Of a stretch of 64,000 nucleotides of DNA, positions 1-10,624 are shown in pieces. The first letter of the stretch is position 1; each line of letters starts with the position of its first letter. Location: assembly GCA_965261005.1 (NCBI GenBank), contig OZ253375.1:1088001-1152000 (forward strand), read 5' to 3'. The notes beneath the pieces were generated by a model. It was not told the DNA's origin and searched no databases. It saw only the letters and a program-made list of their open reading frames with translations. Source of the stretch: Deinococcus sp. (GTDB lineage: Bacteria; Deinococcota; Deinococci; Deinococcales; Deinococcaceae). The position numbers and the translations under genes are program-made.

Positions 1-80
1 CAGTAACGCCCGACAGTTAGGCTCGCCTTGGGAGGAGAGGGCACGGTGGGTTCGGCAAGGAAAAGAGGCGAGAGTCGGGA

Positions 81-1724
81 ATGCAGCGCTCACAAATGTT
101 TCGGGCCGATCTGACGGCGCCCACGCTGATCGTCATCATGGCGGCGGTGATCGGCATGTTGGCGGTGTGGAGTCCGCTGGCGGCCAGCTTGGCCGCCCTC
201 GGCGTCTTGGTGTTGACGTTGGCCGGCCGTCTCCGGCCGCTGCTGCCCCGCTTCGCGCTGACGTTCTTGGGGATCTGTCTGGCCGGCTACGCCTTGCTGG
301 GACGCGGCTTCGCCTACCTGGGCGCCCCCCCTCTGTACGTCGGCGAGTTGGCCCTTTGCGCCTGTGTGCTCGCCTTTGTGCTGTACGGCCGGGCACACTT
401 GGTCCGTTCGCCCGCGCTGTACCTGGTGCTGGCCTTTATGCTGGTGGGGCTGATCGCCACGCTGCCCTACGTCGGCCTGTACGGGTTGGACGCTTTGCGA
501 GACGCCGTGTTGTGGCTGTACGGGACGCTGGCGCTCAGCATTGCGCTGCTGCTGCTGCGCAAAGGGTGGGTCGTGCAATCGGCCCGCGTCTACGTGCGCT
601 GGATCCCGGTGTTTCTGATTTGGATTCCGTTGGCGGTGTTGGCAAGTCAATTGTTCGGCTCGGCGCTGCCGCGCTTGCCCGGCTCGGACGTGCCCCTGAT
701 CGATCTCAAGGGTGGCGACGTCGCCGTTCACCTCGCCGGCGTCGCGGCGGCGCTCTTGCTCGGTTTGCCCACGGCCCTGAACGTGAATCTGCGGGTGCGC
801 CGCCACGAGTGGATGTGGTGGGCCTTGTGGCTGGCGGCGGCGGCCATTCCGCTCTTTCGGGTGCGCGCCGGTTTGCTGGCCGTCGCCGCCGCCGTGCTGC
901 TGGTGCTGCTGTTCCGGCCGGGCAGCCGCTGGGGCAAGCCGCTGACCGTGCTCTCCCTCGCCGTCTTTTGCTTTGTGGCCTTTAGCGTTCAGGTTAAGCT
1001 GGGCGAGGGCCGCAATACCATTTCCGCGAACTCGCTGCTGCTCAACTTGCAAAGCATTGCGGGGGGTTCGGGTGACGCTTACCGCGACGGCACGCGCGCT
1101 TGGCGCCTTCACTGGTGGAATGATATCGAAAACTACACCCTGCGCGGACCCTACTTTTGGATTGGCAAAGGCTACGGCGTCAATCTGGCCGACGCCGACG
1201 GGTACCAAGTCAACGCCGACGCGTCCTTGCGCAGCCCGCACAGCGTCCACTTCTCGGTGCTGGCGCGTTCGGGCGTGCCCGGCCTGACGCTGTGGATCTT
1301 GTTGCAGGCCACCTTTGCCTTCGGCTTGCTGAGGGCGTATGTTCGGGCCGTGGCGGCGCAGCAAATCCTATGGGCCAAGCTGAACTTGTGGGTACTCGCG
1401 TATTGGGCGGCGTTTCTGATCAACGCCTCCTTTGACGTGTACCTGGAAGGTCCGGTGGGCGGCATCTGGTTCTGGAGCGTGTTCGGCTTCGGCGTGGCGC
1501 TCGTCGAGGTGCAGCGGCGGCAGACGGTCAGCGCGCGGCGCGCGGCGCCCGTCAGAACTGGGGTGCAGGGGGCCAGCTGGTCAGGCAACCGGCCCTCAGC
1601 GGCCATGTCTTCCCGCGCCCCTTCTTCAGGTGCCCTGTCTTCGGGCGCTCTGTCTTCGGGCGCGTTGTCTTCCCGTGCCGCGTCCCCGCGCGAGGCGGCG
1701 CTCGCCGAGAAAGACGCGGCGTGA
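81..1724 (+). CDS. O-antigen ligase/polysaccharide polymerase (Wzy_C-like) membrane protein
   Basis: About 12 hydrophobic segments and a late loop R..W...G.G.G...SPHSVH...SG.PG typical of Wzy_C; first gene of a glycosyltransferase run. Confidence 0.8.
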   Translation: MQRSQMFRADLTAPTLIVIMAAVIGMLAVWSPLAASLAALGVLVLTLAGRLRPLLPRFALTFLGICLAGYALLGRGFAYLGAPPLYVGELALCACVLAFVLYGRAHLVRSPALYLVLAFMLVGLIATLPYVGLYGLDALRDAVLWLYGTLALSIALLLLRKGWVVQSARVYVRWIPVFLIWIPLAVLASQLFGSALPRLPGSDVPLIDLKGGDVAVHLAGVAAALLLGLPTALNVNLRVRRHEWMWWALWLAAAAIPLFRVRAGLLAVAAAVLLVLLFRPGSRWGKPLTVLSLAVFCFVAFSVQVKLGEGRNTISANSLLLNLQSIAGGSGDAYRDGTRAWRLHWWNDIENYTLRGPYFWIGKGYGVNLADADGYQVNADASLRSPHSVHFSVLARSGVPGLTLWILLQATFAFGLLRAYVRAVAAQQILWAKLNLWVLAYWAAFLINASFDVYLEGPVGGIWFWSVFGFGVALVEVQRRQTVSARRAAPVRTGVQGASWSGNRPSAAMSSRAPSSGALSSGALSSGALSSRAASPREAALAEKDAA

Positions 1725-2893
1725 CCCGGGCCAGCCGCCCCAAGGTGATGCAGGTCATCACCCACCTCGACTTGGGCGGGGCGGAGCAGGTCGCCATCTC
1801 CCTCGCAGAGCAGCTTCACGCCGAGTATGACTTTTGCTTTTTCGCCGCGCTGGGCGTCGCGCAAAACCCGGTTGGTGAGAGCATGCTGGCCCGCCTGCGC
1901 GCGCTCAACGTGCCGGTGCAGGTGGGCACAACCCTCGACATGAAGCGTGGCGGCGCCGTTCAGGCCGCCCTCAAGCTCAGCGGCGCATGGCGGCGCTTGA
2001 GGCCCGACCTGCTGCATCTGCACACCGAAATTCCGGAAACCACCTACGCCCTGAGCGCCGCGCTGACCGGGCGCGCAGGGGGACCGCGCGTGATCAGGAC
2101 CATTCACAACACCACCTTGTGGCCGGCATGGCAGCGCATTGGCCGCTGGGTGGAGCGCCGCGTGAGCGGGGCGGCGGTGGTGGCCGTTTCACACGGAGGC
2201 TTGCGCGGATTGGAAAGTTTTCGCGCCCAACACGGCCTCGCGCCGCTGGATGGGGCGCAGTGCCGGGTGGTCTACAACGGCGTGGCCGTACCGCCGCCGC
2301 GCCTTTCCCGTCGGCTCGCGGGGGCCACGCGGGTGCTGTTCGCCGGACGCTTCGAGCCGCAAAAAGGCGCGGACTTGCTGCCGGCCATTTTGGAGCGCGC
2401 CAGCCAATTGAGCGGCCAAGGCGCCGAGGTGACCGTTTTGGGCAGCGGCAGCTTGGAGGTTTTTCTGCAACGCTGGGCGCGCGAGCAGCGCACGGGCTGG
2501 AGCGTGACCGTTTCTTCCCCCGTGCCCAATTTGCCGAGGTTCATGGGCGAGTACGACGTCGTGCTGATGCCGTCGCGCTTCGAGGGGCTGGCCCTCGTCG
2601 CCGTCGAGTCGCTGCTGGCCGGCACGCCGGTGGTGGGCACCCGGGTGCCGGGAATGAGCGAGGTCTTTCCCGCCGGCTACCCTCTATTGGCGCCCAATGA
2701 GAACGTCGCCAAGCTGGCCGAGTTGTTGGCGCAGGTGGTGGACGATCCGCAGGGCCACGCCGAGCGCGCTGCGGCCCTGCGTGGCCCGCTGGAAACCAAG
2801 TTCGGTCTTGAGGCGATGGGGCGTGGCTACCACGCCGCGTATCAGGACGTGCTCGCCCGGCCCGGGGGCGCCGGCATGAGGAGATTCACATGA
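1721..2893 (+). CDS. Glycosyltransferase family 4
   Basis: LDLGGAEQ N-terminus, GRFEPQKG, PSRFEGLALVAVES (E-x7-E); GTGA overlap with the upstream gene. Confidence 0.9.
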   Translation: MTRASRPKVMQVITHLDLGGAEQVAISLAEQLHAEYDFCFFAALGVAQNPVGESMLARLRALNVPVQVGTTLDMKRGGAVQAALKLSGAWRRLRPDLLHLHTEIPETTYALSAALTGRAGGPRVIRTIHNTTLWPAWQRIGRWVERRVSGAAVVAVSHGGLRGLESFRAQHGLAPLDGAQCRVVYNGVAVPPPRLSRRLAGATRVLFAGRFEPQKGADLLPAILERASQLSGQGAEVTVLGSGSLEVFLQRWAREQRTGWSVTVSSPVPNLPRFMGEYDVVLMPSRFEGLALVAVESLLAGTPVVGTRVPGMSEVFPAGYPLLAPNENVAKLAELLAQVVDDPQGHAERAAALRGPLETKFGLEAMGRGYHAAYQDVLARPGGAGMRRFT

Positions 2894-4086
2894 AGGTACT
2901 GCTCGTGCACAACTACTACCAGCAGGGCGGCGGCGAGGATCAAGTGTTCCTGGCTGAGCAAGACCTGTTGAGAAGCAACGGCGTGGACGTTCTGACGTAC
3001 ACGGCCAGCAACGACGTCATCGAGGAACAGTCACGCCTCAAGTCGGCAAGCGATACCTTATGGAACCGCGCGGCGGCGGGCGAACTCGCCGAGATGGTGC
3101 GCTCCGGCGACGTGGACGTGGTTCACTTTCACAACACCTTTCCGGTGATCTCCCCCGCCGCCTACGGCGCCGTTCGCCGTGCCGGGGCCGCCGTGGTCCA
3201 AACGCTGCACAATTACCGCCTGTTGTGCGCCAACGCGCTCCTGTTCAGGGATGGCCACGTCTGCGAAGACTGTTTGGGCAAGACGCCTCCCCTGCCGGCC
3301 GTGCAACACGCCTGCTACCGGGACAGCCGCGCCGCCTCGGGCGTGGTGGTCGCCATGCAGACGGCCCACCGGTTGCGGGGCACCTACGCGCGCGACGTGG
3401 ACGCCTATATCGCGCTCACCGACTTCGCGCGGCAAAAGTTAGTTCAGGGCGGGTTGCCGGCGGACAAGATGACGGTCAAACCGAACTTCCTTGCCCACGA
3501 TCCCGGCCAAGGCGGCGGCGCGGGCGGCTACGCCCTGTTCGTGGGCCGCTTGACGCCCGAAAAGGGCGTGGAGACGTTGCTGGAGGCTTGGAAAACGTTG
3601 GGGCCTAGCTTGCCGCTCAAGATCGCGGGCGCCGGCCCGCTGGAGGGTTGGGTCGAGCAAGCGGCGCGCGCCACGCCCGGCGCCGAGTTCCTGGGCCGGC
3701 AAGACCGGGCGCAGGTGCTCGGCCTGATGAAAAACGCGGCCATGCTGATCGTCCCCTCGCGCTGGTACGAGATGTTTCCGATGACCATTGTGGAGGCGTT
3801 CGCGGTGGGCTTGCCGGTGGTCGCCAGCGACTTGGGTTCGCTGTCCAGCATTATCGAGCATGGGCGCAACGGGCGGCACTTCGAGGCGGGAAACGCGGGC
3901 GACTTGGCGGCGCAAGTTGGGCAGCTGCTGGCGCGGCCCCAAGACCTCGCGGACATGCGCGCTCGGGCGCGGCAGGACTACCTGAGACACTACAGCGCGG
4001 AGGCTAACTTTCAGCAATTGACCGAGGTGTACGCCCTTGCCCTGGGGCGCCGGCAAGCGCGCTTGCCAAGCGTGAGGCAGGCATGA
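2890..4086 (+). CDS. Glycosyltransferase family 4
   Basis: HNYYQQGGGED, LHNYRLLC, GRLTPEKG, PSRWYEMFPMTIVE; ATGA overlap. Confidence 0.9.
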   Translation: MKVLLVHNYYQQGGGEDQVFLAEQDLLRSNGVDVLTYTASNDVIEEQSRLKSASDTLWNRAAAGELAEMVRSGDVDVVHFHNTFPVISPAAYGAVRRAGAAVVQTLHNYRLLCANALLFRDGHVCEDCLGKTPPLPAVQHACYRDSRAASGVVVAMQTAHRLRGTYARDVDAYIALTDFARQKLVQGGLPADKMTVKPNFLAHDPGQGGGAGGYALFVGRLTPEKGVETLLEAWKTLGPSLPLKIAGAGPLEGWVEQAARATPGAEFLGRQDRAQVLGLMKNAAMLIVPSRWYEMFPMTIVEAFAVGLPVVASDLGSLSSIIEHGRNGRHFEAGNAGDLAAQVGQLLARPQDLADMRARARQDYLRHYSAEANFQQLTEVYALALGRRQARLPSVRQA

Positions 4087-5318
4087 AGATCGTCCATCTC
4101 AGCAGCGGGGACCTCGACGGCGGCGCGGCGCGCGGCGCCTACTGGCTGCACCGCGCCCTGCGCGAGTCGGGCATGGACTCGCGCATGCTGGTTCAAAACA
4201 AGCTGTCGGACGACCCCTCGGTGCTCGCCTACGGAACGGCTTGGCAAAACCGCTTGGCCCGGCGCGCCGACAAGCTGCCGCTGCGGCTGTACAAACGCCG
4301 CCAGGACGTCATCTTTTCGCCGGCCACCTTGGTGCGGCCCGTTCAGCGCGCCGTGAACGCCCTCGCGCCGGACATCGTCAACTTGCACTGGGTCAACGAC
4401 GGCTTTGTCAGCCCCGAAAGCGTGGCGGGCATTCGCGCCCCCATCGTGTGGACCCTGCGCGACTTGTGGCCCATGACCGGCGGTTGCCACTACGCCGGCA
4501 GCTGCACCAAGTTCACGGCGGGCTGCGGCGCCTGTCCAGTTCTCGGGTCGGACAGCCCGCGCGACTTGTCAGCTTGGCTACACGCGCGCAAACGCCGCTC
4601 GTGGCGGGCCACCCCCATCACCGTGGTGGCGCTCAGCCGCTGGTTGGCCGAGCAGGCCGGGCGCAGCTCGCTGTTCGCGCAGAGCGACATCGTGGTGATT
4701 CCCAACGCGCTGGACGTTCGGGTCTTTCGGCCCTCACCCCGGGAGGCGGCGCGAGCGGCCCTCGGCTTACCACAGGACAAGCGGCTTGTTTTGTTCGGGG
4801 CCATGTATCCGCTGAGCGAGCCGCGCAAAGGCTTCGCCGCCTTTGCGCGGGCCACCGAACTATTGGCCACGCGCGAACAGGCGCACAGCACCGAGGCGGT
4901 GGTGTTCGGAAATTTACGGGGCGCCCAGCCCGAGCTGGGCTTGAAAGCGCACTACCTGGGCGCCCTCAGCGAGGACGCCGCGCTGGCGCTGGCCTACGCC
5001 GCCGCCGACGTGACCGTGATGCCCTCCCTAGAAGAGGCGTTCGGCAAGGTCGCCATGGAATCCCTCGCCTGCGGCACCCCGGTGGTGTGCTTCGAGGGCG
5101 GCGGGCCGGCCGACATCGTGGACCACTTCCAGAACGGTTACTTGGCCCGCCATGGCGACGCGGCCGACCTCGCGGCGGGCATTGAGGCCATGCTGGACGC
5201 GGACGCGCCCGCCCTCGCACGTGCGGCGCTTGACAAAGTGCATTCGCAGTACACCTTCGAGCATCAGGCCGGACAGTACGCGCAGCTGTACGAACGGGTC
5301 CTCGGCTCAACGTTATAA
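4083..5318 (+). CDS. Glycosyltransferase family 4 (WcaC-like)
   Basis: GGAAR, VNLHW, WTLRDLWPMTGGCHY, C..CP, PSLEEAFGKVAMES. Confidence 0.9.
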   Translation: MKIVHLSSGDLDGGAARGAYWLHRALRESGMDSRMLVQNKLSDDPSVLAYGTAWQNRLARRADKLPLRLYKRRQDVIFSPATLVRPVQRAVNALAPDIVNLHWVNDGFVSPESVAGIRAPIVWTLRDLWPMTGGCHYAGSCTKFTAGCGACPVLGSDSPRDLSAWLHARKRRSWRATPITVVALSRWLAEQAGRSSLFAQSDIVVIPNALDVRVFRPSPREAARAALGLPQDKRLVLFGAMYPLSEPRKGFAAFARATELLATREQAHSTEAVVFGNLRGAQPELGLKAHYLGALSEDAALALAYAAADVTVMPSLEEAFGKVAMESLACGTPVVCFEGGGPADIVDHFQNGYLARHGDAADLAAGIEAMLDADAPALARAALDKVHSQYTFEHQAGQYAQLYERVLGSTL

Positions 5319-5357
5319 AAGGGTAACGTGAACGGGCAACCCCGAAAGCGAGTGTGT

Positions 5358-5389
5358 TAATTTTCATGTAACGCCGGTATGCTTACCCT
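5358..5389 (+). promoter_or_regulatory. Putative SARP-type activator site plus -10 for the GT2 gene at 5437
   Basis: TAATTTT-N4-TAACGCC-N8-TACCCT; same spacing as six other island promoters. Confidence 0.65.
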
Positions 5390-5436
5390 GAGAACAAGAT
5401 GAAATTCTTCACCCCGCTCTTTCCGACGAGACCATT

Positions 5437-6459
5437 GTGGCGCTCGAACGGTCGGTTGTTTCACGGACAGCGCCCATGACCGGTTCAGCCGCTTCCCCGG
5501 CCGTTTCGGTGATTATTCCCACCCGCCACCGGCCCCAGCTGTTGATCGAGCGCGCCCTGCGCTCCGCCTTTGCCCAGACGCTCCATGACATCGAAATTGT
5601 TGTGGTCGTGGACGGCCCGGATCCGGCCACCTCGCAAGCCTTGGAAGCGTTGAGCGATTCACGGCTGCGCGTGCTGGTCCTGCCGGAGAACGTGCGGGCT
5701 GGGCAGGCCCGCAACGCGGGCGTTCAAGCGGCGCGTGGCGAGTGGATTGCCCTGCTCGACGACGACGACGAGTGGCACCCGCGCAAGCTCGAATGCCAAT
5801 TGGCGGCGGCGCGCCGCTCCAGCTATCCCCAGCCCATCGTCGTATGTCAATACGTGATTCCGGCGGCCCAAGACCAACACGTTGACCCGCCCCGTTTTCC
5901 GCACCCCGGCGAGGCAATGGGCGATTACCTGTTGGCGCGGGACAACGCCTTGGACAGCAGCCACACCCTGATGAGCACCGTGCTGTTCGCACGCCGCGAT
6001 TTGTTTCTCAGCGTGCCGTTTCCGCCGGGCTTGCGGTGGCACGAGGATTGGGACTGGCTGATTCGGGCGGCGGCCCAACCGGGCGTCGGCATTGAGGGCA
6101 TCGAGGAAAATCTGGCCACTTGGTATTTTCTGGAGCCGCGCGAAAGCTTGAGTTCGACGGTGGATTGGCGACACTCCCTGAGCTGGGCCAAAGGTCTACG
6201 CAACGAGGGCTTTCTCGGCGACAAAGCGTACGTGGGGTTCATCGTGTCGCACGTGTCGCACTTCGCTTCCAAGGAGCGGAGTTGGCAAGCCCTACGTTCG
6301 ACGGCGGCCGAGCTGTTCAAGTCGAGGCCGCGCGCCTTTGAAGTCGCCCGCTACGCCGCCACTTGGCTGTTCCCACAGCAAGCGCGGCGTCACCTTCGCC
6401 AGCAAGGCAAGGCCCTAATCGAGCACCTGTTGCCCAGCCGAGCCGGCGAGCGGGCCTGA
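5437..6459 (+). CDS. Glycosyltransferase family 2
   Basis: VSVIIPT, VVVDG, ARNAG, ALLDDDDEW, HEDWDW. Confidence 0.9.
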   Translation: MALERSVVSRTAPMTGSAASPAVSVIIPTRHRPQLLIERALRSAFAQTLHDIEIVVVVDGPDPATSQALEALSDSRLRVLVLPENVRAGQARNAGVQAARGEWIALLDDDDEWHPRKLECQLAAARRSSYPQPIVVCQYVIPAAQDQHVDPPRFPHPGEAMGDYLLARDNALDSSHTLMSTVLFARRDLFLSVPFPPGLRWHEDWDWLIRAAAQPGVGIEGIEENLATWYFLEPRESLSSTVDWRHSLSWAKGLRNEGFLGDKAYVGFIVSHVSHFASKERSWQALRSTAAELFKSRPRAFEVARYAATWLFPQQARRHLRQQGKALIEHLLPSRAGERA

Positions 6460-6477
6460 GACAGCGGCGGAGCGTAT

Positions 6478-6509
6478 TTATCTTTGGGTAACGCCACGGC
6501 CGTTATTCT
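6478..6509 (+). promoter_or_regulatory. Putative SARP-type activator site plus -10 for the GT4-flippase unit
   Basis: TTATCTT-N4-TAACGCC-N8-TATTCT. Confidence 0.7.
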
Positions 6510-6592
6510 GAGAATCTGATGATGCCACCGCATACCGTCCGAGTCACCCTCGCTGCCGATCCTCTGCCACAACGTGCAAAAGGGATCTGATC

Positions 6593-7846
6593 ATGCTGAA
6601 GTTTGGCGCTCTGCCCGCCGGCTCGGCTTCAGGAAACCCCGAGCAGACGCTTCCGCGCGCGGCGCGGCCGAAGCAGGTGCGTTCGGTCACGCTGATAGAT
6701 CCCCTTGCCGGTGGCCATCATGTGAGCTACGCCGTTCAGCTCGCCCGCGAGCTGAACGCGCGGGGCATTCGGGTCAATGTGATCGGTCCCCCTGAATTCG
6801 TGGCCCAACTGACCCAACAGGCTCATATTGAGCGCGCTTCGATTCAATCGCTGTTTTTGGGCGACCCGGACGCCTACTACGCCAAAGGGCTTTGGCACAT
6901 CGAGCGCACCAGTTTCCGGTTTATGAAGCGGGCGTTGCGCGCCGCGCGCGACATGAACAGCGACGTCACGCACTTCGTTTACCTTGACAGTTTTATGCTG
7001 TCGTTGTGGGCCGCGCGCTTGGGCACTGGCGGCAATATCTACGCGACCCAGCACTGGGCCTACTTTCTCAAGCCCTTTCAGCAAGGCCGGCTGGGCAAAA
7101 TCAAGGGGGATTTACAGCTTTGGGTTCTTCGCCGGCTGGTCGCTCATGGCGTGCGCTTGATGGTGCATTCGGCCGAGCAAGCGCGCACGTTGCGGCGCTT
7201 GCTCGGCTCGGAGCGGGTGGACTACGTCCCCTACCCGGTGGAACTTCCCCCGCTCACACGAACCGACGCTGGCCCGTACGTGCGCGAGCGGCTGGGCCTC
7301 GCCCCAGGGGATAAGCTGCTGCTCGCCTTCGGCACGGTGCGCCATGACAAGGGCGTGGACTTGGCCATTGGGGCGCTCGGCACTCTGCCGGACAACTACC
7401 ACCTGCTCATCGCCGGACCGCCGACGCAATGGCAAGAGGCCGACATCATCCGCCTCGCCGCCCAGCACGGCGTCGCGCGGCGTGTTCATACTGAACTCGA
7501 ATTCATTCCTGATGATGAGGTGGGGGCGTACTTCGCGGCGTCAGACGTGGTTCTGATTCCCTACCGCAAGAGCTTCGCCGGGCAAAGCGGCCCGCTGACC
7601 ATCGCGGCAGCCTTGGGCTTGCCCCTCGCCGTGGCGGACGTGGGCGTCTTGCGAGAAACGGTCGAGACATACCAGTTGGGCGAACTGTTCGAGGCGGAAA
7701 ACGTTCCGGACATGGCGCGCGCCATCAAGGCCGCCGCCGCCAAGTGCGCCGGACCGTCCAACCAGCGCTTTTTGCAAGACCACGCGCCAGAACACTTCGC
7801 CGAGGCCGTCCTAGCCAGTTATGCGGACGGGATTGTGGGCACTTGA
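6593..7846 (+). CDS. Glycosyltransferase family 4
   Basis: GGHH, FGTVRHDKG, FIPDDEV, PY....QSG motifs of the GT-B fold. Confidence 0.85.
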   Translation: MLKFGALPAGSASGNPEQTLPRAARPKQVRSVTLIDPLAGGHHVSYAVQLARELNARGIRVNVIGPPEFVAQLTQQAHIERASIQSLFLGDPDAYYAKGLWHIERTSFRFMKRALRAARDMNSDVTHFVYLDSFMLSLWAARLGTGGNIYATQHWAYFLKPFQQGRLGKIKGDLQLWVLRRLVAHGVRLMVHSAEQARTLRRLLGSERVDYVPYPVELPPLTRTDAGPYVRERLGLAPGDKLLLAFGTVRHDKGVDLAIGALGTLPDNYHLLIAGPPTQWQEADIIRLAAQHGVARRVHTELEFIPDDEVGAYFAASDVVLIPYRKSFAGQSGPLTIAAALGLPLAVADVGVLRETVETYQLGELFEAENVPDMARAIKAAAAKCAGPSNQRFLQDHAPEHFAEAVLASYADGIVGT

Positions 7847-7934
7847 GCGCGGGCAGACCAATTCTGCTTCATCCACACGTCTTACCCTTGAGCTATGTCT
7901 GCGAGGACCGAGCCGTGAACAGGGCTGCCCCACC

Positions 7935-9443
7935 ATGAACAATCTCAAGGGTCAAATCATAGACGCCATGAAGTGGAGCTATCTCTCCCTCTTCATCAAC
8001 ATGTCCATGCAATTCGTGTTCGCCGCCGTTCTGGCCAGGCTGCTCGGGCCGAAAGCCTACGGCATCATGGCCATTGCCCTTTCACTGCAACGGTTCGGAT
8101 TGTTTATCGCCGACTTTGGCATGGGGCAGGCCATCGTCCAAAAGAAACAGCTTTCGGAAATAGAGGTTCGGGCGGGCTTCACGTCTTCCGTATTGCTCGG
8201 TCTGCTGGCCACCAGCCTCGGGTGGTTGGCCTCACCGCTGGTCGGCAAGTACACCGGCGATCCGGCCGTTGTCCCCGTTTTTCAGGGATTGGCCAGCAGT
8301 TACATGCTCATTTCCCTGGTACTCATCTCGACCAGCCTCTTAAGGCGCGCCATGAAGTTCAAGCCGCTGATGATCGCCGAGACCAGCTCTTACGTGATCG
8401 GTCACGGCATTTGCGGCATTGGCGCGGCCTATTTGGGTTTCGGCGCCTTCAGCATCGTCATCAGCGTGGTGGCCCAGAACTTGATTCAGCTGGCCGTGAC
8501 TTACGGGTACTCGCTGCACTCCCTCAAGTTCACCTTCAATTGGAGCGCCTACCGCAGTTTGTATGGTTTCGGTACGCGCGCCACGCTGGTGAGCTTTCTG
8601 GAGTTCATCAGCCAGAGCTTGGATACATTCCTGATCATCCGGCTGTATGACGCCGTGGCGTTGGGACTTTACAACGGCGCCTACAGAACCGTCGAGGCGC
8701 CCTTGTCGAGCTTCGCGCGCAGCCTGATTCGCGTGTTGGCGCCGTCACTGAGCGCGGTACAGCACGATCAGGAACGGCTGCGCCGCACCTATCTGTCGGC
8801 CTTGTTGGCCTTGTCCATGATCCTGTTCAGCGCCGCCTTCGTGATCTTTGTTTCGGCGCGCGACATCGTCTTGGTGATGTTGGGCGGGCGGTTTGTCAGC
8901 GCGATTCCCATCGTACAGGTGTTCGCGCTGTTCATCCCTTTTCCAGTGTTGACCAGCTTGTCGGGCACGCTGGCAGAGGCCACGGCGCGCCTGAACACCA
9001 AAATCGCCATTCAAGCGACCTACTTCATCTTTCTGGCAGGCGCTTATTGGCTCGCGTACCGTTTGGGGTATGGTGTGATCTCGTTCGCGGTCGTGCTGTT
9101 CGCCGCCGCCGTGCTACGCAACTTGGTCTACAGCTTCGTTGCTCACCGAATCATCGGTCAAGGCGGCCGAATCATCGCGCGCGCCTACGGCGTGGGCGTG
9201 TTGTGCGGCCTCGCCATAGGTGGTGTGACTTACGCGGTCATCCGGCCTTTGCGGGCGCGCGGCACCTCCAGCTTCGCCCTGCTCGCACTGGAAATCTTCT
9301 TGGGCGCCTCATTGCTGGGTCTGGCCATAGTGTTCGGTCCCGACACTGAACTCAAGTCGCTGGCCCACAAGCTGTTTCGGCGCTTGCCAGGCCGTCCCGG
9401 CCGCTGGCTCAGCCGGGTTTCTGGGGCCAGAAAAAGCGCCTGA
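7935..9443 (+). CDS. Polysaccharide flippase (WzxC-like)
   Basis: LARLLGP..YG, DFGMGQAIVQKK, LGLYN, many TM segments; start placed at ATG 7935. Confidence 0.9.
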   Translation: MNNLKGQIIDAMKWSYLSLFINMSMQFVFAAVLARLLGPKAYGIMAIALSLQRFGLFIADFGMGQAIVQKKQLSEIEVRAGFTSSVLLGLLATSLGWLASPLVGKYTGDPAVVPVFQGLASSYMLISLVLISTSLLRRAMKFKPLMIAETSSYVIGHGICGIGAAYLGFGAFSIVISVVAQNLIQLAVTYGYSLHSLKFTFNWSAYRSLYGFGTRATLVSFLEFISQSLDTFLIIRLYDAVALGLYNGAYRTVEAPLSSFARSLIRVLAPSLSAVQHDQERLRRTYLSALLALSMILFSAAFVIFVSARDIVLVMLGGRFVSAIPIVQVFALFIPFPVLTSLSGTLAEATARLNTKIAIQATYFIFLAGAYWLAYRLGYGVISFAVVLFAAAVLRNLVYSFVAHRIIGQGGRIIARAYGVGVLCGLAIGGVTYAVIRPLRARGTSSFALLALEIFLGASLLGLAIVFGPDTELKSLAHKLFRRLPGRPGRWLSRVSGARKSA

Positions 9444-9473
9444 CTGCGTGGAGAGCGGGGTGGATCGGCCGCT

Positions 9474-10476
9474 GTCAGCGCATGCCCAGCCAGGTCGTCT
9501 GGCTCGGACCGGCCTGATCCGAGCCGGTGGTGACGATCAGCCGGTTACCGATCACACCCGCGACGGGAGATGCCGTGGCGCGGGCAACGGCGTGAGATCC
9601 GTCCAACGGTCCGCAGCCAGGTCATACGCGCTGACGTCCGCCACCTTGTCGGCCAATTGGGCACCACGCTGTTGCGTCACGCCACCGACCACCACCAAGC
9701 GGCCGTCCCACACGACGGTCGAGGCGCCCATATGTCCGAGCGGAATCGGTAAGTCCCCAACCCGACTCCACCCGTCCTGGACCGGATCATATACGTCCAC
9801 CTCACTCTGGTTGCCCTCGGCCTCGTCACCGAGGTGCTGGCCGCCGAGCGCCGCGCTGGTAATGTGATTGCGTGGATTGGGCAGGGGCGCCGCAGGCCAC
9901 CAACCGTCATTCTGGTCGTCCAGCGAAAGCGCCCAATGGTCGCCAAAATCCTGCTTATACACGTGTAAATCTTCCGCGTCGCGTTCCGTCCCGCCGAAGA
10001 AGTGCAGCTCACGGCCGAGCAACACCAGCCGGCAAGGGCGGTTCGGCCGTCCAGCGATCACCTTCCACGTCGTACTTCCACACCTGATCCGTTTGCAGGC
10101 CCGGATGATCACCTACAAAGCCGCCCGCGACGTACACCGTTTGGCCGTCCACCACTACGCCGGCGGGCGTCAAGGGTTCGGGCATATCGCAAAGCGGCGT
10201 CCAACTGTCATTTGCGGAATCGTACACGTGTACCCGCGCGGTGGCGAGCGGTTTGTTGTCGCCAATTTGGTCGAAGCCGCCGAAAACGTAGAGCTTTTCG
10301 CCAGCCACAGCGCCCCGCGCCTCAAACAGCGGCCTCGGCGCCGCCGCGCGGCTGGTCCAGCCCAACGCGGTTAGTGGGGCAGGAACGTCTGGTATCGCGA
10401 TTGGCGCGGGTGGAATGGGAGCGATGGTGGTCGTCGAAGCAGACCGAGTGCATCCGATCAACAATAAAGTCACCAT
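9474..10476 (-). pseudogene. Kelch-repeat lipoprotein, frameshifted
   Basis: LLIGC lipobox; Kelch repeats (LYVFGG, VYVAGG, LHFFGG, LVVVGG with Y..D.W) spread over three frames; 3' end approximate. Confidence 0.8.
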
Positions 10477-10624
10477 GCTAAGGCCAATAACACGGTGACT
10501 TACAGAACAGATTCTCGAAGATACGTGGAAAGTTACATCAATGGCGCCGTTACAAAATCATATACCTAAAAGGATTACTGTTAGAAATTTATTTGGATAC
10601 GACCGAACTGCATACAACATCTCT

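Noticed and set aside
7857..7888. SARP-type sites before the flippase, Kelch, GT2 11629, NPCBM and regulator genes
   Set aside because: -10-like hexamers exist, but the heptamer at the N8 position matches poorly or the period is not 11 bp
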